A DNA stretch of 64,000 nt. Origin: Vicinamibacterales bacterium. GTDB lineage: Bacteria > Acidobacteriota > Vicinamibacteria > Vicinamibacterales > 2-12-FULL-66-21. The notes under the pieces are model-generated. The model had not been told where the DNA came from and did not search any database. It saw nothing but the letters and a program-made list of their open reading frames with translations. Positions within the stretch are counted from its first letter, which is position 1. Every line of letters starts with the position of its first letter. Shown piece after piece: positions 8,824 through 18,794 of the stretch. The stretch covers positions 6,896-70,895 of the forward strand of contig JBBQEJ010000007.1 in NCBI GenBank assembly GCA_038320555.1. Reading direction: 5' to 3'. The position numbers and the translations under genes were made by a program.

Positions 8824-10620
8824 ATGCAGCCAACCGATATCGGGAACCCGAATTATTACCACCGGGTCGTGGACTGCCAATGGGCCTGTCCGGCCCATAC
8901 GAACGTCCCTGAGTACATCCGGCTGATCGCGCAGAACCGCTTCACTGAAGCCTATCTGCTCAATCGCGAGTCGAACGTTTTCCCGGGCATCCTCGGCCGA
9001 ACCTGCGACAGGCCGTGTGAACCGGCGTGCCGCCGCACGCGGGTCGACGGCAAGCCGGTCGCCATCTGCCGGCTGAAACGGGTGGCCGCCGATCATCGCG
9101 GCGAGGTGAAGCACCTCCTGCCGCAGGCGCCGCTCGAGAAGAACGGCAAGAAGATCGCGCTCATCGGGGCGGGTCCCGCGTCGCTTACCGTGGCAAACGA
9201 CCTCGTACCGCTCGGGTACCAAGTGACGATCTTCGAACGTCAGCCGCGTCCTGGCGGCCTGATGCGCATCAACATCCCCGCATTCCGTCTGCCAGAGCAA
9301 GTCCTCGACGAAGAAATCGCCTACATCATCGACATGGGCGTCGACGTGCGCTACAACGCGCCGGTTGCGAGCCTCAAGTCGCTGCTCGACACCGGCGAGT
9401 TCGACGCCGTGTTTGTCGGCACCGGCGCGCCGAAGGGAAAGGAGCTCGAGATCCCCGGGCGCCACGACAGCGATCAGATCTTCATCGGCATCGAGTGGCT
9501 CGAGTCGATCCACTTCGGTCATGTCGACTCGGTTGGTCAACGCGTGCTGATTATCGGCGTCGGCAATACGGCGATGGACTGCTGCCGTTCGTCGAAGCGG
9601 CTTGGCGCGACCGACGTCAAGGTCATCGCGCGGAAAACGCGCAAGTATTTCAAGGCGTCGCCGTGGGAGCTCGAAGACGCGGAGGAAGAAGGCGTCGAGA
9701 TCCTCGAGAATCTTCAGCCGGTTCGCTTCATCATCGAGAACGGCGTCCTGACCGGCATGGAGTTCGACAAGTTCACGTCGGTGGAGACGGCATCGGGCCT
9801 GAAGCAGGAGGTGATCGGGCGCGAGATCATTCCCTGCGACACGGTGGTGCTGGCGGTCGGGCAGGACAACGCGTTCCCGTGGATCGAGCGGGACATCGGG
9901 CTCGACTTCGGCAAGTGGGACATGCCGGTCGTGGACAAGACGACGTTCATGTCGACGCGCCGGGGGGTCTTCTTTGGCGGCGACGCGGCGTTTGGTCCCG
10001 CAAACATCATCTGGGCGGTGGAGCACGGCCACCAGGCCGCCATCTCCATCCACAACCACTGCCAGGGGATCCCGGTCACCGAGCGGCCCGAGCAGGGGAT
10101 GACGCTCTCGAGCACGAAGATGGGGCTGCACGAGTGGGCCTACAGCAACAACTACAACACCGCCGAGCGGCAGAAGATGATGCACGTGGAGTTGCCCGTG
10201 CGCTTCGCGAGCATGACGACGGAGGTGGAGAAGGGCTTCACCGCGGAGCAGACACAGGCGGAAGTCGAGCGCTGCCTGAACTGCGACATGGAGACGCACT
10301 TCATGCCCTCGCTCTGCATCGAGTGCGACGCGTGCATCGACATTTGCCCGGTTGATTGTCTTGCGATCACGACAAACGGCGAGGAGCCCTCCCTGCGGGA
10401 GCGGTTCAATGCACCGGCCACCAATCTGGAGCAGCCGTTGTACGTCTCGGATCCCCTGAAGCAGACGCGCCGCGTCATGCTGAAGGACGAGAATGTCTGT
10501 CTGCACTGCGGTCTGTGCGCTGAGCGCTGTCCGACCTACGCGTGGGACATGCGCAAGTTCGTGCTGCAGATACCCTACGCAGGCAGCCGGGGAAAGGTCA
10601 TTCCGCTTGTCTCGGTGTAA
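8824..10620 (+). CDS. GltD-like FAD/NAD(P) oxidoreductase with C-terminal 2x[4Fe-4S] ferredoxin domain
   Basis: CQWACP, LGRTCDRPCE, IGAGPA, IGVGNTAMD, GGDA; C-terminal CIECDACIDICP and CLHCGLCAERCP. Confidence 0.92.
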   Translation: MQPTDIGNPNYYHRVVDCQWACPAHTNVPEYIRLIAQNRFTEAYLLNRESNVFPGILGRTCDRPCEPACRRTRVDGKPVAICRLKRVAADHRGEVKHLLPQAPLEKNGKKIALIGAGPASLTVANDLVPLGYQVTIFERQPRPGGLMRINIPAFRLPEQVLDEEIAYIIDMGVDVRYNAPVASLKSLLDTGEFDAVFVGTGAPKGKELEIPGRHDSDQIFIGIEWLESIHFGHVDSVGQRVLIIGVGNTAMDCCRSSKRLGATDVKVIARKTRKYFKASPWELEDAEEEGVEILENLQPVRFIIENGVLTGMEFDKFTSVETASGLKQEVIGREIIPCDTVVLAVGQDNAFPWIERDIGLDFGKWDMPVVDKTTFMSTRRGVFFGGDAAFGPANIIWAVEHGHQAAISIHNHCQGIPVTERPEQGMTLSSTKMGLHEWAYSNNYNTAERQKMMHVELPVRFASMTTEVEKGFTAEQTQAEVERCLNCDMETHFMPSLCIECDACIDICPVDCLAITTNGEEPSLRERFNAPATNLEQPLYVSDPLKQTRRVMLKDENVCLHCGLCAERCPTYAWDMRKFVLQIPYAGSRGKVIPLVSV

Positions 10621-10625
10621 CGGAA

Positions 10626-10717
10626 GTTTCCAGTTCCCAGTTCCCGGTCTCCGGTCCGGTTCTGGCAACTGGCAACTGGCAACTGGTAACTGGTAACTGG
10701 TAACTGGTCACTGGCAA
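10626..10717. repeat. Heptamer tandem array with partial inverted counterpart
   Basis: Left arm gtttcca/gttccca/gttcccg; right arm ctggcaa x3, ctggtaa x3, ctggtca, ctggcaa (10662-10717). Confidence 0.9.
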
Positions 10718-10728
10718 CTTCACTTTCA

Positions 10729-12525
10729 ATGGACCGAACCAACGACTTCGCGTTCAAGATCGCGACGGCCAACGGCACCGGGTCGGCCTCGGCGAATGGC
10801 CTCATCATGCAGACCATTTTCCGCATGGGCGTGCCGGTGACCGGCAAGAACGTGTTTCCGTCGAACATTCAGGGCCTGCCGACCTGGTACGAGATCCGCG
10901 TCAGCCGGAACGGATACACTGCGCGAACGCCGCACTTCGATTTGATGGTCGCCATGAATCCGGCGACGTATCAGAAGGACATCGCGGAGCTCCGAACGGG
11001 CGGCTGGCTGTTATACGACTCGACGTGGCCGCTCGATGCGCGGCTGTCGCGGCCCGACGTCACCTATCTGGGCATTCCGCTTGCTGAGATGTGCAACGCG
11101 CAGTTCTCGGCGGTCCGCGAGCGCATCCTGATGAAGAACATCGCGTACGCGGGAGCCTTGTGCGCGCTCGTCGACATGGACACGTCGATCATTCGCGCGC
11201 TCTTGACCGAGAAATTTTCGAGGAAGCCGGCGCTGATGGACTCGAACCAGCAGGCCATCGACATCGGGTACGACTACGCGAAGTCCCACTTCTCGTGCCC
11301 CCTGCCGATCCGGCTCGAGCCGATGGACAAGACGAGGGATTCGATCCTGATCGACGGCAACACGGCCGCCGCGCTCGGATGCCTCTACGCGGGCGCCACC
11401 GTCGGCGCGTGGTATCCGATCACCCCGGCGACCTCGCTCATGGAGGCATTCAAAGGCTTCTGCCAGAAGTACCGTCAGGAGCCGGGGACCAATCGCAACC
11501 GCTTTGCGATTCTCCAGGCGGAAGATGAGCTGGCGGCGGTCGGCATGGTGATTGGTGCGTCGTGGGCCGGCGCCCGCGCGTTCACGCCGACGGCGGGCCC
11601 CGGTATTTCGCTGATGACCGAGTTCATCGGCCTGGCGTACTACGCTGAAGTGCCGGCCGTCATCTTCGACGTGCAGCGGACCGGGCCGTCGACCGGCATG
11701 CCGACGCGCACGCAACAGGGCGATTTGATGTTGTGCGCGTACGCGTCGCATGGCGACACGCGCCACATCTGCCTGTACCCCAGCGATCCGCGCGAGGCGT
11801 TCGAGTTTGCCGTGGCGTCGTTCGACCTGGCCGAACGCTATCAGACGCCGGTCTTCGTGCTGAGCGATCTCGACATCGGCATGAACGACTGGATGGTACC
11901 GAAGCTCACGTGGAGCGACAGCTATCGTCCCGATAGAGGCAAGGTGCTGTCGTCCGAAGAGCTCGAGCACGTCAAGACGTTCCACCGCTACATGGATGTC
12001 GACGGCGACGGCGTCGCGTACCGCACGCTCCCGGGCGTCCATCCCAACGGCGCCTATTTCACACGAGGATCGGGGCACAACCGCTACGGCGTGTACACCG
12101 AGGACAGCGACGAGTACGTCGATGTGCTCGATCGCATCGACCGCAAGATCCAGCACGCGGCGCGCGCGGTGCCGCAGCCGTTCATGCGGCCGGCGCCTGG
12201 CGCCAAGGCCGGACTCGTGACCATTGGCGGGTGCCACGCCGCCTGCGTGGAAGCGCTCGATCTGCTCGCGGCCGAGGGGCTGGCGGTCGATTACATGCGC
12301 GTCCGCGGCTTTCCGTTCGGCGACGACGTGCGGGCGTTCCTCGAGTCCCACCCGGTCAACTTCGTCGTCGAGCAGAATCGCGACGCGCAGCTGCGCAGCC
12401 TGCTGATACTGGAGACCGGCGCGCCAGTCGATAAACTCGAATCGGTCCGGTACTACGGCGGGTTTCCGATGAGCGCGCATCACGTGATCGCGGCCGTGAA
12501 GGCGAAGCTGGAGAAGGCGGCATGA
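10729..12525 (+). CDS. korA: 2-oxoacid:ferredoxin oxidoreductase alpha subunit
   Basis: NGTGS gamma-like N-terminus, WYPITPAT, QAEDELAA, QRTGPSTGMPT. Confidence 0.92.
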   Translation: MDRTNDFAFKIATANGTGSASANGLIMQTIFRMGVPVTGKNVFPSNIQGLPTWYEIRVSRNGYTARTPHFDLMVAMNPATYQKDIAELRTGGWLLYDSTWPLDARLSRPDVTYLGIPLAEMCNAQFSAVRERILMKNIAYAGALCALVDMDTSIIRALLTEKFSRKPALMDSNQQAIDIGYDYAKSHFSCPLPIRLEPMDKTRDSILIDGNTAAALGCLYAGATVGAWYPITPATSLMEAFKGFCQKYRQEPGTNRNRFAILQAEDELAAVGMVIGASWAGARAFTPTAGPGISLMTEFIGLAYYAEVPAVIFDVQRTGPSTGMPTRTQQGDLMLCAYASHGDTRHICLYPSDPREAFEFAVASFDLAERYQTPVFVLSDLDIGMNDWMVPKLTWSDSYRPDRGKVLSSEELEHVKTFHRYMDVDGDGVAYRTLPGVHPNGAYFTRGSGHNRYGVYTEDSDEYVDVLDRIDRKIQHAARAVPQPFMRPAPGAKAGLVTIGGCHAACVEALDLLAAEGLAVDYMRVRGFPFGDDVRAFLESHPVNFVVEQNRDAQLRSLLILETGAPVDKLESVRYYGGFPMSAHHVIAAVKAKLEKAA

Positions 12526-13577
12526 CCTACATCGCCAAACCGAAGGTCCACCATCCGGCGCTGCAGAAGAACGCGGTGGGCTTGACGCGCCGGGACTATG
12601 AGGGGGCGATTACGACCCTCTGCGCGGGCTGCGGACACGATTCGATTACCGCGGCCATCATCCAGGCGTTCTGGGAGCTGTCGATCGCGCCGCACAAAGT
12701 CGCGAAGCTGTCCGGGATTGGATGTTCGTCGAAGACCCCGGCGTATTTTCTACGGGAGGCGCACGGATTCAACGCCGTGCACGGCCGCATGCCGGCGATC
12801 GTCGCCGGCGCCAATGCGGCAAATCGCGACATCATCTACATCGGGATCTCCGGTGACGGCGATTCGCTGTCGATTGGGCTCGGCCAGCTCTGCCATGCGA
12901 TCCGCCGCAACGTGAACGTCCTCTATATCCTCGAGAACAACGGTGTCTACGGGCTGACGAAGGGACAGTTTTCCGCGTCGGCGGATCCGGGCTCGACCAA
13001 CAAGAAGGGGGAAGCCAACACGATGGATGCCATCGACGGCTGCCTCCTCGCCCTGACCCTTGGCGCGACCTTCGTCGCGCGCGGTTTTTCGGGCGACAAG
13101 GCGCAGCTCGTGCCGATGCTGAAGGCCGGGCTGATGCACAAGGGCTTCGCATTCATCGACGTCATCTCGCCGTGCGTGACCTTCAACGATCACGAGGGCT
13201 CGACGAAGAGCTACGCCTACACGCGCGAGAGGAACGTCGAGGTCGTCCAGGCGGATTTCGTGCCCCCCACGACCGCCATCACCGCGGAGTACGATCCCGG
13301 AACCGTGCGCAACGTCCTGCTGCACGACGGCAACTGGGTGCGCCTGCGGAAGGTCGCCGAGGATTACGACCCCACCGACCGCGACCAGACTTACGCCTAC
13401 GTCCGCGAACGTCAGAAGGCGGGGGAGGTCGCCACGGGCCTCTTGTTCATCTCGCCGGATTCGAGCGATCTTCACGAGCAGAGCAACACCGTCGCAACGC
13501 CCCTGGTCCAGCTCCAGCACGAGGACCTCTGCCCGGGCAGTGCTGAGTTGGAGAAACTCCAGCGCCGGTTCCGGTGA
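12522..13577 (+). CDS. korB: 2-oxoacid:ferredoxin oxidoreductase beta subunit
   Basis: LCAGCGH, GIGCSS, HGR, GDGD TPP motif, NNGVYGLTKGQ, SPCVTFN; ATGA overlap with the alpha gene. Confidence 0.93.
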   Translation: MTYIAKPKVHHPALQKNAVGLTRRDYEGAITTLCAGCGHDSITAAIIQAFWELSIAPHKVAKLSGIGCSSKTPAYFLREAHGFNAVHGRMPAIVAGANAANRDIIYIGISGDGDSLSIGLGQLCHAIRRNVNVLYILENNGVYGLTKGQFSASADPGSTNKKGEANTMDAIDGCLLALTLGATFVARGFSGDKAQLVPMLKAGLMHKGFAFIDVISPCVTFNDHEGSTKSYAYTRERNVEVVQADFVPPTTAITAEYDPGTVRNVLLHDGNWVRLRKVAEDYDPTDRDQTYAYVRERQKAGEVATGLLFISPDSSDLHEQSNTVATPLVQLQHEDLCPGSAELEKLQRRFR

Positions 13578-13719
13578 GGCATGTCTGTGGCAACCGTGCC
13601 GGCGAATCGTCCCTGCCGGTGAGCCAGGCCAAAAGGGTGTCGCCACCTCGGTTTTGCGGGAAGGCATTACCGACCGCGTTGCCAGCCTGCTTAGCCCTAA
13701 TCCGCTGAAATCACAACAC

Positions 13720-13749
13720 TTGACAGAAACACCGGTCGGGACGTACTTT
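13720..13749 (+). promoter_or_regulatory. Sigma70-type promoter of the TonB-dependent receptor
   Basis: TTGACA (13720-13725), 18-nt spacer, TACTTT (13744-13749); GGAGG upstream of the ATG at 13794. Confidence 0.6.
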
Positions 13750-13793
13750 GCCCGTCGCGGTTGTAATCGGTCCACTTTGGAGGAGGCTATTTA

Positions 13794-16700
13794 ATGAGAG
13801 GGTTCCTTCGGTATTTCGCGGCCACGCTGGCGTGTGTGCTGCTGACGGCGCTGCCCGCTGCAGCGCAGTTCGACCGAGGTCAAATTTCGGGCGTCGTCAA
13901 GGACGCCCAGGGCGGAGTCGTTCCGGGCGTGACGATTGTCGTCACGAACCGGGACACGCAACGGGGCACCACGACGGTGACCGACGCAAGCGGGTTCTAC
14001 ACGGTCCCGAATCTTCCGGGAGGCAAATACGACGTCTCTGGCGAGCTGCAGGGCTTCAAGAAGGCGCTCCGGCAGAACGTGACGCTCGATTCATCGAGCT
14101 CGCAGACGCTCAACTTCGCGCTCGAGACGGGCGCCGTCACCGAAGCTGTGACGGTCACCGCTGAGGCCACCCCGCTCCAGACAGACGTCGCAGTCCGCAA
14201 GACCGTTGAAGCGAAGGACATCGAGCTCCTGTCGTTCTCAGGCCGCAACCCGATTGGCGTGCCGGCCCTGAAGGCCGGCGTCATCGGCGGCAGCTTTAAC
14301 AACGCGGGCTTCTCGTCGCTGACGACGGGCGGCTTCAACATCAACGGCAGCCGCTCTGACGAGAACACGATCTATGTGGACGGCGCGGTTGCGGTGCGCA
14401 CCCGTTCGACAGGAGCGATCGTCGGCGTGCAGAACGTCGACGCCGTGCAGGAGGTGCAGGTCCTCACCGCGAACTACATGCCGGAGTACGGCCGCGCGAG
14501 CGGCGGGCAGATCCGGTTCATCACCAAGGGCGGCAGCGCACGGTATTCCGGCAGCACGTCGTTCTTCTATCGCGACGACAAGCTGCAGGCCAACACCTGG
14601 GCTCGCAACCGCAGCCCCAACGCGATCGAAAACTCCGGCGCCTCGCCGTTCAATTACAAGCAGTACGGCTATTCGTTCGGCGGCCCGGTTCCCGGCGCGA
14701 TGTTCAAGGACAAGGCCTTCTTCTTCGCGGCGCAGGAGTGGGTGAACTTCTTTCAGGTCCAGACCAACACCGCGACCGTGCCGACCGCGTTGATGCGGAC
14801 CGGCGATTTCAGCGAGCTCCTGAATCCGAGCAGCGGCTTTTACGGCGCCGCCCAGATCATCAGGGACCCGCAGACCGGCCAGCCGTTTCCGGGCAATATC
14901 ATCCCGCCTGGAAGTCTGTCAGCCAACGGGATTGCCCTCATGAACTTGTACCCGCTGCCGACTCCCGGGTATCGGTCGGGCACGAGCAACGCGATCTTCA
15001 ACAGCGAGAACCCGCAGGATCAGCGGAAAGACAACATCCGTCTTGACTACCGGCTCAACGACAGGAACCAGGTCACGTACCGCTATTCGCGATACGGCTG
15101 GAAGGCAGTCGACGCGTTCCGCGGCACGTTCCCCTTCGCACGCACGGACTGGAACCGGCCCAACTCGACGCAGAACCTGAACTGGACGAGCACGATTACG
15201 CCGACCCTCATCAACGAGTTCAGCTACTCCCACTCCCTCGACCAGGTGTTCATCGGGGTGTTCAAGGAGTCGGGTCTGTACAAACGGAGCCGCACGGGGA
15301 TCAACTACCCGTACATCTTTCCAGCGAACAAGGAAATCGACGACAAGATTCCGACCGTCAATATCGATGTCTTCAGCGGGTTCGACGGTGGTCCATACCC
15401 GTCATCGTCACAGGGTCCGATTCACCTGGTGTCGAACGCAACGACGTTTGTCACCGGGCGTCACACGCTCAAGGGCGGCGTGGCGATCGAGTACTCCGGC
15501 GAGGACGACTTCGATCAGATCAACGTCAGCGCCATTCCTGGGGGCACCAACAATCAGAACGGGCAATTCGCCTTCCGGGACAGCTCCACCGCCAGAAGCG
15601 GGCTGGGCATTTCCGACATGGCGCTTGGGGTGTTCACCGACTACGCCGAGCTCGGACAGCGCGCATTCACCAAGTGGCGTTCGCTGGCGACCGACATCTT
15701 CGTCCAGGATTCCTGGAAGCCGCGCAGCAACGTGACGATTGAAGGCGGCATCCGGTGGGCGATCTGGCCGCCGTGGCATTCGCAGACGAACAACATTGCC
15801 AACTTCGATCCTCGGTTCTACAACACGGCAACCCAGGCGATCATCAATCCGTCGACGGGCCGTCTGATCGGGGGCGATCGCTACAACGGTATCGTGCTTC
15901 CGGGAAGCGGTTTCATCGGCGATGCCAAGGATCTCGTCGTGGCGCAGGATCCGAGAGTCCTGGCGCTGTTCCGCGGCGAGCCGCGCGGCTTCTCGCAGAC
16001 GCACTACAACGCGATCGAGCCGCGGCTGGGCATATCGTACCAGCTCAACAAACAGACGATCGCCCGCGCGAGCGGTGGCATCTTCCACAATCGCGTCACC
16101 CTCAACGACTCGACGCTGCTCGGCGGCAACCCACCGTTCCAGCCGATGGTCACGGTGTCCAACGGCAGCGTGGACAACCCTGGCGGCGTCGGAGGCGCAT
16201 CCGATCTCCCGTTCGGCATTCAGGGCCAGGATGTCGTGTTCAAACATCCGACGTCGTATCTGTGGTCCGCAGGCGTGCAGCGTGAGGTGCCGCTCGGTTT
16301 TGTCGTGGACGTGACCTACGTCGGCCGTCGCGGCCTGTACCTGCAGCGGGAGCGCAACATCAACCAGTTGGTGGCAGGCACGACCCAGGCGAACCCCGGC
16401 GTCAACATCGCCGCCCTGCGTCCCTACAAGGGCTACGGTGCGATTCGTCTGAGCGAGAATGCCGGCTATTCGAAGTACAACAGCCTGCAGCTCAGCGCAG
16501 ACCGTCGCTACACTAAAGGGCTGAAGGTCGGCGCGGCCTACACGCTCGGCTATTCAGAGGACAACGCCAGCGACAAGCGCGACCGCCTCTGGAACACCTA
16601 CGACGACACGATCTTCTGGGGACCCTCGAGCTTCGACCGCAAGCACGTGCTGTCGGTCTACTACATCTACGACCTGCCGTTCTGGCGCGAGGGCGGTTCG

Positions 16701-17201
16701 GTGATGAAGAGTGCGTTTGGCGGCTGGCAGATCTCTGGAGCCACCTTCATGCGCTCGGGCACCCCGTTCTCGATCACACGGACCAACGACATCGCCGGAG
16801 TCGGTGAAGGGTCGAACGGCCAGCCGGTGGATCTCGTCGGCGACGTCAATGCCAACAGCAACGGCAAGTTCTCCGGAGGTGTGGTGTCCGGAGTTGCCAC
16901 CGATCAGAACTTTAGGTTCAACCCGGCCGCGTTCGCGAACCCGGCCGCGGGCAGGTTCGGCAATGCCCCGCGCAACCTCCTTCGGAATCCCGGGGACCAG
17001 CAGTGGGACATTGCGCTCTTCAAGAACTTCGCAATGGGCGGGAGCAGGAAGGTCCAGTTCCGCACTGAGGTGTTCAACTTTCCGAATCATCCGAACCTGA
17101 ACGGCCCGAACACCGATATCACCAACGCGAACTTCGGGCGGAGTATCTCGAAGGACGGCAACAGGCGGGACATTCAGCTCGCGCTGAGGTTCCTCTTCTA
17201 A
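13794..17201 (+). CDS. Oar-type TonB-dependent receptor with N-terminal carboxypeptidase-regulatory-like domain
   Basis: Signal peptide, GQISGVVKDAQGGVVPGV, plug motif AVQEVQVLT..PEYGR, C-terminal RDIQLALRFLF; 1135 aa. Confidence 0.92.
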   Translation: MRGFLRYFAATLACVLLTALPAAAQFDRGQISGVVKDAQGGVVPGVTIVVTNRDTQRGTTTVTDASGFYTVPNLPGGKYDVSGELQGFKKALRQNVTLDSSSSQTLNFALETGAVTEAVTVTAEATPLQTDVAVRKTVEAKDIELLSFSGRNPIGVPALKAGVIGGSFNNAGFSSLTTGGFNINGSRSDENTIYVDGAVAVRTRSTGAIVGVQNVDAVQEVQVLTANYMPEYGRASGGQIRFITKGGSARYSGSTSFFYRDDKLQANTWARNRSPNAIENSGASPFNYKQYGYSFGGPVPGAMFKDKAFFFAAQEWVNFFQVQTNTATVPTALMRTGDFSELLNPSSGFYGAAQIIRDPQTGQPFPGNIIPPGSLSANGIALMNLYPLPTPGYRSGTSNAIFNSENPQDQRKDNIRLDYRLNDRNQVTYRYSRYGWKAVDAFRGTFPFARTDWNRPNSTQNLNWTSTITPTLINEFSYSHSLDQVFIGVFKESGLYKRSRTGINYPYIFPANKEIDDKIPTVNIDVFSGFDGGPYPSSSQGPIHLVSNATTFVTGRHTLKGGVAIEYSGEDDFDQINVSAIPGGTNNQNGQFAFRDSSTARSGLGISDMALGVFTDYAELGQRAFTKWRSLATDIFVQDSWKPRSNVTIEGGIRWAIWPPWHSQTNNIANFDPRFYNTATQAIINPSTGRLIGGDRYNGIVLPGSGFIGDAKDLVVAQDPRVLALFRGEPRGFSQTHYNAIEPRLGISYQLNKQTIARASGGIFHNRVTLNDSTLLGGNPPFQPMVTVSNGSVDNPGGVGGASDLPFGIQGQDVVFKHPTSYLWSAGVQREVPLGFVVDVTYVGRRGLYLQRERNINQLVAGTTQANPGVNIAALRPYKGYGAIRLSENAGYSKYNSLQLSADRRYTKGLKVGAAYTLGYSEDNASDKRDRLWNTYDDTIFWGPSSFDRKHVLSVYYIYDLPFWREGGSVMKSAFGGWQISGATFMRSGTPFSITRTNDIAGVGEGSNGQPVDLVGDVNANSNGKFSGGVVSGVATDQNFRFNPAAFANPAAGRFGNAPRNLLRNPGDQQWDIALFKNFAMGGSRKVQFRTEVFNFPNHPNLNGPNTDITNANFGRSISKDGNRRDIQLALRFLF

Positions 17202-17260
17202 GCCACTGAGGAACACGGACTAACACGGAAGAAGAGCTAATCCTTCTTCGTGTAAATTGG

Positions 17261-17296
17261 AGCCCGGCGTGGATCAGTCCACGCCGGGCTTTTTTT
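17261..17296 (+). terminator. Rho-independent terminator
   Basis: 13-bp perfect stem agcccggcgtgga / tccacgccgggct, 4-nt loop, T-tract. Confidence 0.85.
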
Positions 17297-17306
17297 GGAG
17301 GCGTTG

Positions 17307-18764
17307 ATGATTCGTCGCTTTGGGTCGTGCGCCGTGCAATGGGCCCTTGCGGCCGCCCTGGTTTCGATGCCATTCGCGATGCGTGCGGCGCCGCAGCAGC
17401 CATCGGCTCGGGCCCACACCGGCCAGACGGCGCTCGATCGGTACGTCGCCGCCCCCGACTCCAGCTTCGCCTGGAAGGTCCTGCGCGATCTGCCGGCCGA
17501 AGGGGTTACGGCGACGCTCCTGGAGATGACGTCCCAGCGCTGGCTGACCGAGCAGGAGGTCGAGCGGCCGCTGTGGACCCACTGGCTCACCGTTATCCGC
17601 CCTGCGAAGGTGACGAGCGACGCGGCGCTTCTCTTCATCACCGGCGGCAGCAGCGAGCGCCCGGCGCCGGCGCGCCCGCCGGCGTGGCTGGTGGAAGCCG
17701 CGCAGACCACCGGCACGGTGACGGCCGAGCTTCGACTCGTGCCGAACCAGCCCATGGTATTCAAGGACGATCCGGCGCGCATGCCGCGCTCCGAGGACGA
17801 CTTCATCGCGTACACCTGGAACAAATACCTGCGCACCGGTGACGAGAAATGGCCCGCGCGGCTGCCGATGACGAAGAGCGCGGTCCGCGCCATGGACGCG
17901 GTCAGCGCCTTTGCCGCATCGGCCGAAGGCGGGACGACCCGGGTCGCGCGCTTCGTGGTCACGGGCGCATCGAAGCGCGGCTGGACGACGTGGACGACTG
18001 CGGCAGTTGATCAGCGCGTCATTGCGATCGCTCCGGCCGTCATCGACATGCTCAACGTCGAGCCGTCGTTTATCCATCACTACCGCGCCTACGGCGCATG
18101 GTCCGACGCCGTGAAGGACTACGTGCAGCAGGGCATCATGGACTGGATGGGAACGCCTCAGTTCCGCGCGCTGATGAAGATCGAGGAGCCGTACGAATAC
18201 CGCGATCGGTTGACGATGCCGAAGTTTCTGCTGAACGCGTCGGGCGATCAATTCTTCCTGCCCGACTCCTCGCGCTTTTACTTCGACGACCTTCAGGGCG
18301 AAAAGCATCTGCGGTACGTGCCGAATGCCTCGCACTCGCTCGAGAAGACCGATGCGCTCGAGAATATCCAGGCGTTCTACATGTCGATCGTCAAGGAGAC
18401 TCCACGTCCCCAGATCAAGTGGACCTTCGAGCGCGACGGGTCGATCAAGGTGGTCGCCAGGGACCGGCCGGACGCGGTGCTGATGTGGCAGGCGACGAAC
18501 CCGGCGGCGCGGAATTTTCGGCAGGACGCCATTGGCGATGCATACCAGAGTACGCCGCTGACGCCCAGCGGTCCGAACACCTGGGTCGCGCGTGTCCAGA
18601 CCCCTGTGAAAGGGTGGACGGCGTTCTTCGTCGAGATGACGTTCCCCACCGGAGGAAAATATCCGTTCAAGGAAACGACTGCCATCCGGGTGCTTCCCGA
18701 TACGTTGCCGTACGGCGCCCCCAAGCCGCAGCATCCCTCGACGTCAGAGCGGCGATCGCGCTAA
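17307..18764 (+). CDS. PhoPQ-activated pathogenicity-related (PqaA-family) secreted alpha/beta hydrolase-like protein
   Basis: TALDRYV, MTSQRW, GASKRGWTTW, GDQFFLPD, VPNASH motifs; signal peptide; GGAGG RBS. Confidence 0.85.
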   Translation: MIRRFGSCAVQWALAAALVSMPFAMRAAPQQPSARAHTGQTALDRYVAAPDSSFAWKVLRDLPAEGVTATLLEMTSQRWLTEQEVERPLWTHWLTVIRPAKVTSDAALLFITGGSSERPAPARPPAWLVEAAQTTGTVTAELRLVPNQPMVFKDDPARMPRSEDDFIAYTWNKYLRTGDEKWPARLPMTKSAVRAMDAVSAFAASAEGGTTRVARFVVTGASKRGWTTWTTAAVDQRVIAIAPAVIDMLNVEPSFIHHYRAYGAWSDAVKDYVQQGIMDWMGTPQFRALMKIEEPYEYRDRLTMPKFLLNASGDQFFLPDSSRFYFDDLQGEKHLRYVPNASHSLEKTDALENIQAFYMSIVKETPRPQIKWTFERDGSIKVVARDRPDAVLMWQATNPAARNFRQDAIGDAYQSTPLTPSGPNTWVARVQTPVKGWTAFFVEMTFPTGGKYPFKETTAIRVLPDTLPYGAPKPQHPSTSERRSR

Positions 18765-18794
18765 CGGCTGCCTCTCGCGCACGGAGCAGATCAT

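Noticed and set aside
8593..10668. Long antisense ORFs (691 aa here; also 11011-12483, 17274-18734, 47485-49089, 53929-55536)
   Set aside because: Shadow frames of well-supported genes; expected from high GC3 and scarce stop codons.
10626..10717. Heptamer arrays (also 45292-45461) as CRISPR arrays
   Set aside because: Units are 7 nt and contiguous with no unique spacers; no cas genes in the window.
13580..13700. Cobalamin riboswitch upstream of the TonB-dependent receptor
   Set aside because: Fragments such as gccac..cgggaaggc occur, but the CCCGC-ACTGT core and the ordered B12 box are missing, and the predicted promoter lies downstream of this stretch.
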